Source: Alphaproteobacteria bacterium (GTDB lineage Bacteria; Pseudomonadota; Alphaproteobacteria; MPNO01). From it: DNA of 64,000 nt. Below are positions 46,610-56,742 of the stretch, in pieces. The position numbers and the translations under genes are program-made. The first letter of the stretch is position 1. Every line of letters begins with the position of its first letter. The stretch is taken from the NCBI GenBank assembly GCA_965248835.1, contig CBDFLJ010000001.1, forward strand, positions 192,001-256,000, written 5' to 3'. The notes beneath the pieces were generated by a model. That model made no database searches and was not told where the DNA came from. It worked only from the letters and a program-made list of their open reading frames with translations.

Positions 46610-47608
46610 ATGAAAATCTCACTTGGACACCTCGTTCTTGCAGCCACGGCCGGTTTATTCTCGGCCGACGTGGGATTGCACGCGGTTGCGGCCGAAGTCA
46701 CTCTAAAGTCGCTCTCGGCGGCGCCCCGACATCTCGTCTTCATGAAGCCGATGGACGAGTTCGAGAAGCTCGTCAACAAACGGGGTAAAGGGGTCGTACA
46801 GATCGGCTATCTTGGCGGACCCGAAGCCATACCGACGCCCGAGCAATTCCGCGCCATCAGAACGGGCCTCGTGGACGTCCATGTCGGGCCGAACCAATGG
46901 TTCCAAGGCCAACTCGCGCATTCTCAGGTGTTCAATCCCAGCAACATGTCGGTCGCCGAGCTTCGCGAGGGCGGAGGCTTTGCGGCGATTCAAGCAGCCT
47001 ACCGAAAACACGCCAACCTCGAACTGCTGAACTATTTGGGGGAACCGGTCAGATTCTATCTCTATCTGCGGAAGCCACCCAAGCGGACTCCCGACGGCGG
47101 CATCGACCTGTCCGGTTTGACGATCCGCGGGACCGGTACCGAGAAGGCGTTCCTCCATAAGCTCGGTGCCCTGCATCGAACGATCCAAGTGCCGGAGATG
47201 TACACCGCCCTGGAGCGGGGAGCGATCGACGGGGTCACGTATGTCAACATCGCCGTCACCCAACTCGGGCTTCACAAGTTTTTGAAATATCGGGTTCAGC
47301 CGGTCTTTGCCCAAGGCGATCTGGCCACCAATGTCAACCTCGACCGGTGGAAATCTCTGTCGCGCGAGGCCAAGGCGATCCTCACCCAAGCAGCCCGAGA
47401 TACCGAGACCTGGACCAACGCGTTTTGGGAAAAGATCGCGTCAGAGGAACTCGCTAAGCTGCGCAAGGAGGGGATGCAGGACATCGTTTTGAAGGGCAAA
47501 GTCGCCGAGGCCTATGTCGCAAATTACAGGGATTCGCGCTGGGAAGAGATCGCCAAGAGAATCGGATCCGCAGAGTCCAAGCGCTTTTACGACCTGTTCA
47601 CGAAGTAG
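46610..47608 (+). CDS. dctP: TRAP substrate-binding protein
   Basis: Signal peptide, GGPEAIP, DLSGL.IR, EMYTALERG.IDG. Confidence 0.87.
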   Translation: MKISLGHLVLAATAGLFSADVGLHAVAAEVTLKSLSAAPRHLVFMKPMDEFEKLVNKRGKGVVQIGYLGGPEAIPTPEQFRAIRTGLVDVHVGPNQWFQGQLAHSQVFNPSNMSVAELREGGGFAAIQAAYRKHANLELLNYLGEPVRFYLYLRKPPKRTPDGGIDLSGLTIRGTGTEKAFLHKLGALHRTIQVPEMYTALERGAIDGVTYVNIAVTQLGLHKFLKYRVQPVFAQGDLATNVNLDRWKSLSREAKAILTQAARDTETWTNAFWEKIASEELAKLRKEGMQDIVLKGKVAEAYVANYRDSRWEEIAKRIGSAESKRFYDLFTK

Positions 47609-47618
47609 GGATCGTTAA

Positions 47619-48146
47619 TTGGGTGCCAAACAGGTGCGCCGTTTGGCAAGAGTCTATGACGCCGCAATCGTCGCCTCGGCGGTCGTCGCGGGCGCGCTCG
47701 TCGCATTTATCTTTGCTGCAATATTCGTCGACGTGACGGTCCACGCGCTCGGTCTTCAGCCGCCGATCTGGGCAGCGTCGGCGATCGAGTACGCAATGCT
47801 GTATCTGACGATGCTTGCCGCGCCCTGGTTGGTGCGTAAGAAGGCGCATATCGTCATCGATGTGGTCCGGACCCAGGTTTCCGAAACCGTGCAACGGACG
47901 CTCGAGCGCATCGTCTATGTCATCGCGATCATTGCGTGCCTCATATTCACGTATTATGGCGCCGACCTGACCATCGCGACATACGAACGCGGCGAACTCG
48001 ACATCCGGTCATTCGATGTGCCCCGATGGCTACTGTATGCGCCGATGCCGCTCGGGTTTCTGTTGATCGGGATCGAGTTCGTGCGCCTTCTGTTTGGCTC
48101 CGATTCACTCTATCGCGATACGCCCTCGGCAGGCAGCGGTCTATAG
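47619..48146 (+). CDS. dctQ: TRAP transporter small permease
   Basis: Four TM segments, APW.VR..HI.ID. Confidence 0.85.
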   Translation: MGAKQVRRLARVYDAAIVASAVVAGALVAFIFAAIFVDVTVHALGLQPPIWAASAIEYAMLYLTMLAAPWLVRKKAHIVIDVVRTQVSETVQRTLERIVYVIAIIACLIFTYYGADLTIATYERGELDIRSFDVPRWLLYAPMPLGFLLIGIEFVRLLFGSDSLYRDTPSAGSGL

Positions 48147-48148
48147 AG

Positions 48149-49462
48149 GTGGCGTGGTACGAAGCCGGCGGGCTGATGCTGGGGCTCGTGCTCGCCCAGA
48201 TGGCCATCGGCATGCCGGTCTTTCTCGCCTTCCTCACGACCAATGCGATCGGCGTCATGCTGTTTATGGGCGGGGCGAGCAACTTCGTCCAGCTAATCTC
48301 GAATGCGACCGTGACGGTGACCAGCTTCCTCTTGGTCCCCGTTCCGCTGTTCATCCTCATGGGCGAGATTTTCTTTCACACCGGGCTCGCGCTCCGCGTC
48401 TTCGACGGCGTCGACAAGATGGTCGGTCGCGTACCGGGTCGGTTGTCCTACCTCACGGTCGTCTGCGGCTCGATCTTTGCGACGCTCTCGGGATCGAGTA
48501 TCGCCAGCGGTGCGATGATGGCCTCGATGCTGGTCCCGGAGATGACCAAGCGCGGCTACAGCATCAACCTTTCGGTCGGGCCAATCCTCGGGTCGGGCGG
48601 TCTCGCGATGATCATTCCGCCGTCGGCGCTCGCGGTGCTGCTCGGCAGCCTGGCGCAGATCGACATCGGGAAGCTCCTGATTGCTGGTCTGTTCCCCGGG
48701 ATGATCCTAGGCGGCCTCTACGTCATCAACATCTTCATCCATGTCAAGGTGAATCCGGCCGCAGCACCCGAGTACGACGTCGCGTCAACGCCGATTTTCG
48801 AAAAGCTTCTGACATTCGCCACCAATATCCTGCCGATGGTGGTGATCGTGTTTGCGGTCGTCGGTGTCATCATCTTCGGCATCGCGACGCCGTCGGAATC
48901 GGGTGCGTTCGGGGTCTTCAGCGTTCTTGCGCTCGCTGCCGCCTATCGCCGTCTCAGCGTGGAGGCGATCATCCGCGCCATCAGAGGGACACTCGTCGTC
49001 ACCGCCATGACCTTCATCATCCTCATTGGATCGTCGACGTTCAGCCAAATCTTGGCATTCGCCGGCGCGAGCTCTGGATTGGTGACCTTGGCCGGCGAGC
49101 TTCGCCTCGGTCCCACAGAGATGTTGCTGGTGATGTTCGGCGTGCTGCTCGTGCTCGGCATGTTCGTCGATCAGCTGTCGCAGATGATGCTGACGCTGCC
49201 GATTTTCATGCCGCTGATCGTCGCCTTGGGATTCGATCCGATCTGGTTTGGCGTCGTCATGCTGCTGGCGATGGAAATCAGCCTGATCACGCCGCCGTTC
49301 GGCGTGCTCTTGTTCGTCATGATGGGGGCTGGCCCGCCAGGCGCGACATTGCCCAAGGTCGCCCTCGCTGGACTACCCTATATTGTCTGCGGAATCGTGC
49401 TTCTTGCCCTGTTGATCACGTTTCCCGGGATCGCACTCTATCTGCCGAGACTTGCGGGCTGA
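48149..49462 (+). CDS. dctM: TRAP transporter large permease
   Basis: VPLFILMGE, SGSS.A, IIPPS, ATPSES, ITPPFG; GTG start inferred. Confidence 0.9.
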   Translation: MAWYEAGGLMLGLVLAQMAIGMPVFLAFLTTNAIGVMLFMGGASNFVQLISNATVTVTSFLLVPVPLFILMGEIFFHTGLALRVFDGVDKMVGRVPGRLSYLTVVCGSIFATLSGSSIASGAMMASMLVPEMTKRGYSINLSVGPILGSGGLAMIIPPSALAVLLGSLAQIDIGKLLIAGLFPGMILGGLYVINIFIHVKVNPAAAPEYDVASTPIFEKLLTFATNILPMVVIVFAVVGVIIFGIATPSESGAFGVFSVLALAAAYRRLSVEAIIRAIRGTLVVTAMTFIILIGSSTFSQILAFAGASSGLVTLAGELRLGPTEMLLVMFGVLLVLGMFVDQLSQMMLTLPIFMPLIVALGFDPIWFGVVMLLAMEISLITPPFGVLLFVMMGAGPPGATLPKVALAGLPYIVCGIVLLALLITFPGIALYLPRLAG

Positions 49463-49822
49463 GGCGACCGAGCAAACGGGATCGAGGGACATCTCACACG
49501 CCCCTCGCCGCCGAGCCGCTTCATCTCCCTTTTGCGGCGAAAGCGACCGGCATCGACATGCGGCGGGCGCGGCGGGCGCGATCCGCACGACGGACCGGTA
49601 TGCGGTCTGTGTCATTGGGCACGACATGCCATTGATCGATGAGGAGCATATCGCGTTCAGCGCGCTGTCCAAGCCGATCAGCCCGGGCGGCCGGGGCGGC
49701 CGGGGCGGCCGGGGGGAACGCAAGAAACGGTTCTTCTTGACGACACTATGAATTCGTTGTCGACACCCGGGCCCCATGGATTCGATATACATGAAAGGGT
49801 ATGCGCCTCGTGCGGTCGCCCT

Positions 49823-50827
49823 TCACTCGCGCCGAGCAATGGCCATGGCGAAGATCAGGATGCCTCCCGTGGCCATATTCTGTGAGTAGGCGCCCACCTG
49901 CATCAGGTTCAGCCCGTTCTGCACCAGCATTATCAGCAATGTGCCCGTTAGCACGGCAAGCGTGCGGCCCTGGCCCCCTGCCAGCGCCACCCCTGAAATA
50001 ACGCAGGCCGCTATGGATTCGAGAGGCAGGCTGGTGCCTATATTTGCCTCGCCTGTTCCCAGCCTGGCCGTCAACAGCAAACCCGAAAGCGCCGCGAAAA
50101 CCCCCGCCATCACGAAAGCCGCCAGGGTAATACGTGCGGTTCTGATGCCCGATAGCTCGGCGGCGCGCGGGTTGCCACCGGCAGCGTAGAGGTGCCGGCC
50201 AAACCGAGTCCATTCCATGACCACATAGGTTATGAGGACTAGAAGCAGCGCAACTATGGCCGGAATGGGAAATCCTGCGACACGACCGAATCCGAAGATT
50301 TCACCCAGCAGCGGAGGCATGCCGTAAACGGGCACACCCCTCGAGACCAACAACGTTACCCCAAAAAGGACCGACCCCATTCCGAGGGTCATCATGAACG
50401 GCGGAATGCGAAGCAAGCTGACCCCTAGCCCATTCATTACGCCTACCATGGTCCCGATGAGTAATCCCACACCCAGCCCGGCCAATAGCGCGAGCGCCGG
50501 CCACGCAGGAAACGCGGCGTATATGGCGACCATCACCGTAGCGCCCATTACCGATGTCAGGGACACCACACTGCCGACGGAAAGATCCATCCCCCCGTTA
50601 ACAATCACAATAAACTGCCCGAGGGAGACGATCAGCAAATACACCGACTGCCGTGCAACATTTGTGAGGTTGTCAACGGTCATAAAGTTCTGCGTCCCGA
50701 CCGAGAACAGGATGAGCGCACCAACGAACATCACGGGAAGCGCGAGCGATTGGCGGTTGTCCAGGATCCAGACAAGCGCCCTGGATGCCCGACGACCGGT
50801 CCCGGTCAATACACTGGAGATGCTCAT
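49823..50827 (-). CDS. Sugar-type (RbsC-like) ABC permease
   Basis: [40 protein letters not shown]. Confidence 0.9.
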   Translation of the reverse strand: MSISSVLTGTGRRASRALVWILDNRQSLALPVMFVGALILFSVGTQNFMTVDNLTNVARQSVYLLIVSLGQFIVIVNGGMDLSVGSVVSLTSVMGATVMVAIYAAFPAWPALALLAGLGVGLLIGTMVGVMNGLGVSLLRIPPFMMTLGMGSVLFGVTLLVSRGVPVYGMPPLLGEIFGFGRVAGFPIPAIVALLLVLITYVVMEWTRFGRHLYAAGGNPRAAELSGIRTARITLAAFVMAGVFAALSGLLLTARLGTGEANIGTSLPLESIAACVISGVALAGGQGRTLAVLTGTLLIMLVQNGLNLMQVGAYSQNMATGGILIFAMAIARRE

Positions 50828-53781
50828 TCAGGGGCTCTCGAGAAAAAATGTTCCAGCACGCTGTGTTCGTCGTAGTCGTCGCGCTGAAACTCGGCAACAA
50901 AGCTGCCATTGCTCATCACAAGCATGCGATGCGTGAGGCCCAATAATTCGGGCAGGTTTGAAGATACAATCAGAATCGCCGCACCCTGGGCGCTGAGATC
51001 GGACAGGTACTGATAGATCGAGAGGCAGGCACCGATATCGACTCCCACCGTCGGCTCGTCCATGACGTATACTGAAATGGAGCTATAGCCGAATCTTGGT
51101 GACGGCTTGGGTCAGGCGGCGGCTTGAGGTTGTTGCCTGACGGCTTCGATTCCGTCGATGAACTTTACGCCGACGATCAGCTTGGGCAACTGGTTGTGTC
51201 CGTCGAGGCGGCGCCAACTGTTCTGTGCCGCCTGGGCGAGTTTGAAGACCATGGCGAGCGCCGTCTTGTTGGAGAGGCATCCCTTGGATCGCACGGTACG
51301 GTGTCGCACGGTGGCGAATGTGCTTTCGATGGGGTTGGTGGTGCGCAGATGCTTCCAATGCTCGGCGGGAAAGTCGTAGAACGCCAGCATCGTCTCGCGA
51401 TCCTTGACCAGGCATGCGGCCGCCTTGTCGTACTTGACGGCGTAGGTCTCGATGAAGGCGTCGAAGGCGCTGTCTGCGTCGTTCCTGGTCTCGGCCATCC
51501 AGATCTCCTGGAGAGCACGCTTTGCCTTCGAGTGCTGGCTCTTGGGCAGCTTGTTGAGCATGTTGGCGGTCTTGTGCACCCAACAGCGCTGGCTGCGGGT
51601 CCGGGGCCACACTTCCTCGATCGCTTCCAGAAGCCGAGCGCGCCGTCGGCGATGGCGAGTTCGGGCGCGACCGCGAGCCCGCGCCGTTTGAGGTCAAGTA
51701 GCAGCTCGCGCCACGATTGGGCGCTCTCGCGCACCCCGTCGACGAGGCCTACGAGTTCCTTCTTACCCTCCGGCGTCGCGCCGATGATGACCAGCAGGCA
51801 TTGCGCATCGTCCTCGAGCCGGGCCTGCACATGGATGCCGTCGGCCCAGAAGTAGACATAGTGCCTGGCCGACAGATCCCGCTTCAGCCAGTGCGCGTGC
51901 TCGTCCGCCCAAACCTCGGTGAGCCGCGCCACGGTCGAGGCCGACAAGCCGCCGGCGTCCGGCCCGAGCAAGGCCGCCAGCGCCTCGGCGAAGTCGCCCG
52001 TGGAGATGCCCTTGAGGTAGAGGACGGGGATCAGGACTTCGAGGCTCTTCGAGCGCCGCGCATAAGGCGGCAGGAGCGCGGAGCTGAACCGGATGCGGTC
52101 GGCGCCCAGGCCCGTGCGGTCGCGAACGCGTGGCGCGCGAACCGCAACCGGGCCGATGCCGGTCATGATCTCGCGTTCGGGCAGGTGGCCGTGGCGCACC
52201 AGCCGTCGGCGGCCTTCTTCGGTGCGCGCCTCGGAGTGGCCATCAAGGAACGCGGCAACCTCCGCCTCGACCGCCCGCGCCAGCAGGGACCGGGCGCCGC
52301 TGCGCAGCACCTCGGTCAACGGATCGGAAAACGTCGATGGCTGGGAAAGCTTCAAAACGTTATTGTCGCTCACGGCGTATCACTCCTTCGTTGGAGAGGT
52401 GGAGGCTCGATCACCCCCACGATACGCCGCCTTAACCCTTCACCCCGTCACCAACTTCTGGCCATAGCTCTACTGAAATGTCCTGTACCATGCTCTTGGC
52501 TAGAAGCACTTTCTGCTGGTTGCCACCCGACAGGTTGGCTACCCGATCGTCCAGCCTGTTGCGGTCGAGCTCCACCCGGCGGGACACCCCGTCGAGCAAT
52601 TCTGTCTCGCGCCCTGGATTGATCCACCGTCCTTTAAGAGGACCGAATCCGTATGAAGACAGCGCGATATTCTCGCGTGTGCTGCGGATCATCGCCAGCC
52701 CGTCACGCCGGCGGTCGGGAGGGCTGTACCACAACCTATTCCGGATCGCGACCGCTGGATGGCTTGCTCGACCGGATCGTCCGTCCACGATGATCCCGCC
52801 GGCCGCCAACCGTCGCAGACCGAAACAGGCTTGAGCCAGCTCGCTCTTGCCGCAACCGACGAGGCCGGCGATCCCCACGATTTCACCGGCGCGGACTTCA
52901 AGGTTCGCGTCACGCACTTGAACATGGCCGGAACGGGCAACCAGGGTGACGTTGTCCAGCTTTAGCCGAACGTCACCCAAGGTCTGACGCGGAACCGAAT
53001 ACATTTTGGACATTTGCCGGCCCGTCATCAGGCGAATCAGTTCGTCCTCGTGGGTGTCGGCACCCACCGTTGCGACCAATTGGCCGTCGCGAAGTACGGA
53101 GACGCGATCGCCGATCATCGGGATCTCGTGAATCCGATGGGTGACGTAGATGATGGAGGCGCCCTGATCCCTGAGCCGGCGCGCCAGATCCAACAGGGCA
53201 CGCGCGTCATGCTCGGAAAGCGACGCCGTCGGCTCGTCGAGGATCAGGAGGCGCGGTGGGCGGCGCAGTGCCTTGCAAATCTCGACCATTTGCTGCTTTC
53301 CGCGGGTCAAGGATACGACCTTGGCGTCCGCGTCGAGATCGAAACCGAGATCCTCGATCAGTTCCCTCGCCTGGGCGCAGGCGGCCGATTTCGACAGGAA
53401 CCCCAACCTCGTCAGGGGTTCCTCGCCCAAAGCGATGTTTTCGGCGACTGTCTGATAGGGGATAAGCGAGAATTCCTGGAACACCGCACGCACGCCATAC
53501 GCGCGCGCTTCGGCCACGGAATGGAATCGCCCTGTTATTCCGTCGATCTCGATTTCGCCGCTGCTGAGCGTGATTGCCCCGGCAAGCAACGAGATCAGGG
53601 TGGACTTGCCCGCGCCGTTTTCTCCAAACAGGACGTGAACTTCTCCAGACAGGAACTCGAGACTCACATTGTCAAGCGCAAGGGTCCTGTCGTAGCGCTT
53701 GGTCAAGCCCCACACCCGAAGCACGAGTTGCCCACCAACAGAAACGGAGGTGCTTGCGACGGATCCCGCCTGCGTCTGCAT
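50824..53781 (-). pseudogene. Sugar-type (RbsA-like) ABC ATPase split by IS256
   Basis: GENGAGKST, LDEPT, LSGGNQQK; removing the IS restores QDISV|[11 protein letters not shown]. Confidence 0.9.
51080..52470 (-). mobile_element. IS256-family element with frameshifted transposase
   Basis: IRs GAGCTATAGCCGAATCTTGGTGACGG / CCGTCACCAACTTCTGGCCATAGCTC; TACTGAAATG repeated on both sides; WADGI, IADGALGFW|QRCWVHK, RTTNPIES with a frameshift near 51625. Confidence 0.92.
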
Positions 53782-53818
53782 GGGCCAACCCTTGCTATCG
53801 GGTGCGGAGAAAACGACC

Positions 53819-54901
53819 TCAGTTGTCCAGGTTGAACACCGGGCGGAACCGGAACGGGGCCATGACGTCGCTCACGTTCATCTCGGAAATATCCCGCGTG
53901 GTATAGACCCGTCCGAGCGTGCTGATGTCGAAGTGCTCTTGCTTGCCCTCGAGGACACGCACGGTTTGATCCACGATGATGCGCGCGGTGAGAACCACCG
54001 GCGCCACCCCCGCGGCTTCCACGTTGTTGGCCTTGACATGCTCGTGAATCCCCGGGGTCATGTAGACGGACACCAGCTTCACCCTATCGTGGATACCCCG
54101 CGCCTTGAGTAGTGGAACGGCGGCCTCGGCCATTACCGCCGTGTCGGCGATGTAGTCGACATCCTTGTGCGTCTGCAATATGTCCTCGACAAGGCGAGCC
54201 TGCACTTCCTTGCCCACATCGCCGTGCTTGGTTTGGACGATAGTCACTGCGCTCCCTTTAATCGCTTCCTTGAACCCATCGTCGAAAGCGATCACGAATC
54301 CGGCGCCAGCGGGGCCAGGCAGCCAGGCTACATTCACCTGCTTGCTGCCGGTGGGATGCTTCTCGGCCAGGTATTTTCCGGCCCGATATCCTTCGGCGCG
54401 CGGGCTTGTGAGAACGCGGGCCGCGACGTCGTCAGAATTTGTTCCGTTCACCACATCAATCACCGGAATCTTCTTCCGCTTCAGCTCGCCGAGCAGGTTG
54501 TTCATGCCGTCCGCGGCGATGGCGACCATGACCACGACTTCGGCGCCCGCGGCGACGCAGTTCTCGATCTGCGAGATCTGGTTGCCCAAAGCGGTATATC
54601 CGCCGGCATCGAGGGTGTGCAGGTCAACACCCAATTTCTTGGCTTCCTCGACCATCCCATAGTTGATCGCCACGAAGAACGGGTCCTTCATGTGGGGCAA
54701 AGAAACGCAGACGTTCCAATCCTTGCTGGCCTTGCTGGACGCGCTGAGAGGCGAGTAGTCAACCTGCGTGGTTTGACCCGCGCGGGTCGTTGCGTTCACC
54801 TTCATCGGGTACCAATCGTCGGCCGCGAGCGCCGAGCCCGCGGCCAACATGCCGAGCAAGCCCAAGCCGACGCATGTCTGAACTGGCATTAGAGTCTTCA
54901 T
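53819..54901 (-). CDS. TorT-like periplasmic binding protein (ABC substrate-binding)
   Basis: W..CV..PH.KD......NYG..EEAK.LGV.....AGGY, PGP.GAG; signal peptide. Confidence 0.8.
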   Translation of the reverse strand: MKTLMPVQTCVGLGLLGMLAAGSALAADDWYPMKVNATTRAGQTTQVDYSPLSASSKASKDWNVCVSLPHMKDPFFVAINYGMVEEAKKLGVDLHTLDAGGYTALGNQISQIENCVAAGAEVVVMVAIAADGMNNLLGELKRKKIPVIDVVNGTNSDDVAARVLTSPRAEGYRAGKYLAEKHPTGSKQVNVAWLPGPAGAGFVIAFDDGFKEAIKGSAVTIVQTKHGDVGKEVQARLVEDILQTHKDVDYIADTAVMAEAAVPLLKARGIHDRVKLVSVYMTPGIHEHVKANNVEAAGVAPVVLTARIIVDQTVRVLEGKQEHFDISTLGRVYTTRDISEMNVSDVMAPFRFRPVFNLDN

Positions 54902-55385
54902 CTGGAAGTCTCCCTGGTTTGGTCGTACGCACGATAAGGCTCCTCCGGGGACACCATGAGGTCAAATAACAATACACGGTGTTTATTATAAATATATGGT
55001 AATGTTCGGGTCTCTCCGGTAATAGCGGTTCATCGCGTGGACACCTGTTGTTGCTCGCCAATATACGGCCTTCCATCCCCGATCTCCGGCGCCCGGGGAG
55101 CTTCCATCTGGGAGACAAGACTACCTGCGCAGCCTCGGGGTCGCGGCGTGGCCGGTCACGACCCGGGAGGAAACGAGCCGGACGAACGGGAGGTGCCCTG
55201 AACGGAGGCGGCGCTTCGTGGGACGCAAGGGCGCCACGACGATCGATTGCCGACAAAACCGCGCCGATCGCCAGGTCCGTTACAAGCCCGCGATATGGCG
55301 TCACCTCGCCCGGGACCGTTTCAGTCAGGGACAATGACCCATCGGGCGCCGGCGTCGGCCCGTTCGGCCCGGGCGAACCAAACGA

Positions 55386-55817
55386 TCAGTCCTTGGCGAG
55401 GAACTCGCCGATTGTCTCGTCCGTGTGAAATTCAGGCCGCTCGTAGTAGTGAGGGCCGTCATAGATCTCGATCAGGACGCTGCGTTCGTGAGCGACAGTC
55501 GGACCGTGGGGATGGTCCTTCGGATTCATGTAGAACGAGCCGGGCTTGAGACGAAAACCGACGTCGGTGTACTCGTAGTCGCCTTCCAGACAGTACATGA
55601 ACTGGTTGGACGCATGGGTGTGCTTGACCGGTATGTGCCCGCCCTTGTCGAACTCTATCAGGGCAAAGCTGGCTCCGGTCTCCGGGTTCTTCCAAAGGAA
55701 GTACTGCCGCAGCCCGTAATCGGGAAAGTCGAGCCACTTTTCCGGATCCAGGCTGTCCCGGTGAACCAGCAGCTCAAGAGTGCTGCTCAAGGTTTCTTTG
55801 GGATCCATGTTCGTCAT
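55386..55817 (-). CDS. Cupin (ChrR/Dke1/DAD-like) protein
   Basis: H-T-H...G.Y.Y...PGSFY.NP..H.HGP metal-binding pattern. Confidence 0.75.
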   Translation of the reverse strand: MTNMDPKETLSSTLELLVHRDSLDPEKWLDFPDYGLRQYFLWKNPETGASFALIEFDKGGHIPVKHTHASNQFMYCLEGDYEYTDVGFRLKPGSFYMNPKDHPHGPTVAHERSVLIEIYDGPHYYERPEFHTDETIGEFLAKD

Positions 55818-55820
55818 CTC

Positions 55821-56573
55821 CTAGTCCTCCAATTTGGGACGGCCGTCGGCCAACCATTCCCTGAATTCCTTGCGGCTCTCCGCCGTCGCCGGGAACAGAC
55901 CGAAAAGGGAACGGCCGCGCTTCAAGTGAGCGCTGACGAACGCCTCGTAGTCGACCTCCTCGACGACTTCGGCAGCGACCTCATCGGCCAGGTGCCGGGG
56001 GATGGCAACCACCCCCTCACCGTTGCCCACGATGACGTCGCCCGGATACACGGCGACCCCGGCGCAGCCGACGGGAGTATTGAACTCGACCGGATGCAAT
56101 GCGATCGGCGTGGGCGGCCCCGAGCCTTGTCGCTGAAAACACGGCAACCCGGTATCGCGTATCCCGGGGGTGTCGCGAAACCCGCCGTCGGTAATCACTC
56201 CCGAGACCCCTCGCGCCCTCAGGCGAAGCGCCATCATGTCCCCCATGGCCGAGGCTCGGGCGTCTCCGCCGGTCGCCATCACCAGCACGGCGCCCGCGGG
56301 ACACTCTTCTATGGCGCGCCGGTGGAGATTGTCGTCGCGCGCATAGAGGTTCATTGAATCGATATCTTCCCGCGCCGGTATGAAGCGCAGCGTGAAAGCC
56401 GGCCCGACCATCGGCTCCTGGTCGGTCGACAGCGGAGATATGCCATGGAGAAACGTGTTGCGGAGTCCGCGCCTGAGCAAGGCGTTACTCATGTTGGCGG
56501 CACCGCATCGCATCAGATGGACCCGCGTGAGCTCGCCGATGGGTTCCACTAACGCCGTCGCATCTGTCGTCAA
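55821..56573 (-). CDS. RraA/HMG-aldolase family protein
   Basis: GPAFTLRFIP.RED, MGDMM..RL..RG..G..TDGGFRD, V.PGD.IVG; TTG start after GAAGGAG. Confidence 0.85.
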   Translation of the reverse strand: MTTDATALVEPIGELTRVHLMRCGAANMSNALLRRGLRNTFLHGISPLSTDQEPMVGPAFTLRFIPAREDIDSMNLYARDDNLHRRAIEECPAGAVLVMATGGDARASAMGDMMALRLRARGVSGVITDGGFRDTPGIRDTGLPCFQRQGSGPPTPIALHPVEFNTPVGCAGVAVYPGDVIVGNGEGVVAIPRHLADEVAAEVVEEVDYEAFVSAHLKRGRSLFGLFPATAESRKEFREWLADGRPKLED

Positions 56574-56742
56574 ACCGTGTCTCCTTCCTTCAGGACAGGG
56601 GCAGAAAGCACGCCGATGCATTCAAACGCGACCGCGAACCGCGGGATCCGGACTCGATCGCCCGGTCGCGCGTCGGTGCAATTCGCGGGCAAGCTCCCCT
56701 TCCATCCAATCCCTCTGACTCGTGGCCGCCGGGCCAAGGCTT

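Noticed and set aside
49682-49714. Three copies of a 9-bp GC repeat (CGGGGCGGC)
   Set aside because: Short low-complexity slippage repeat in an eroded intergenic stretch, with no spacers or other structure.
54759-55334. 191-aa ORF between the cupin and the SBP
   Set aside because: No recognisable motif, it overlaps the SBP start and runs through an AT-rich promoter-like gap; at most a gene fragment.
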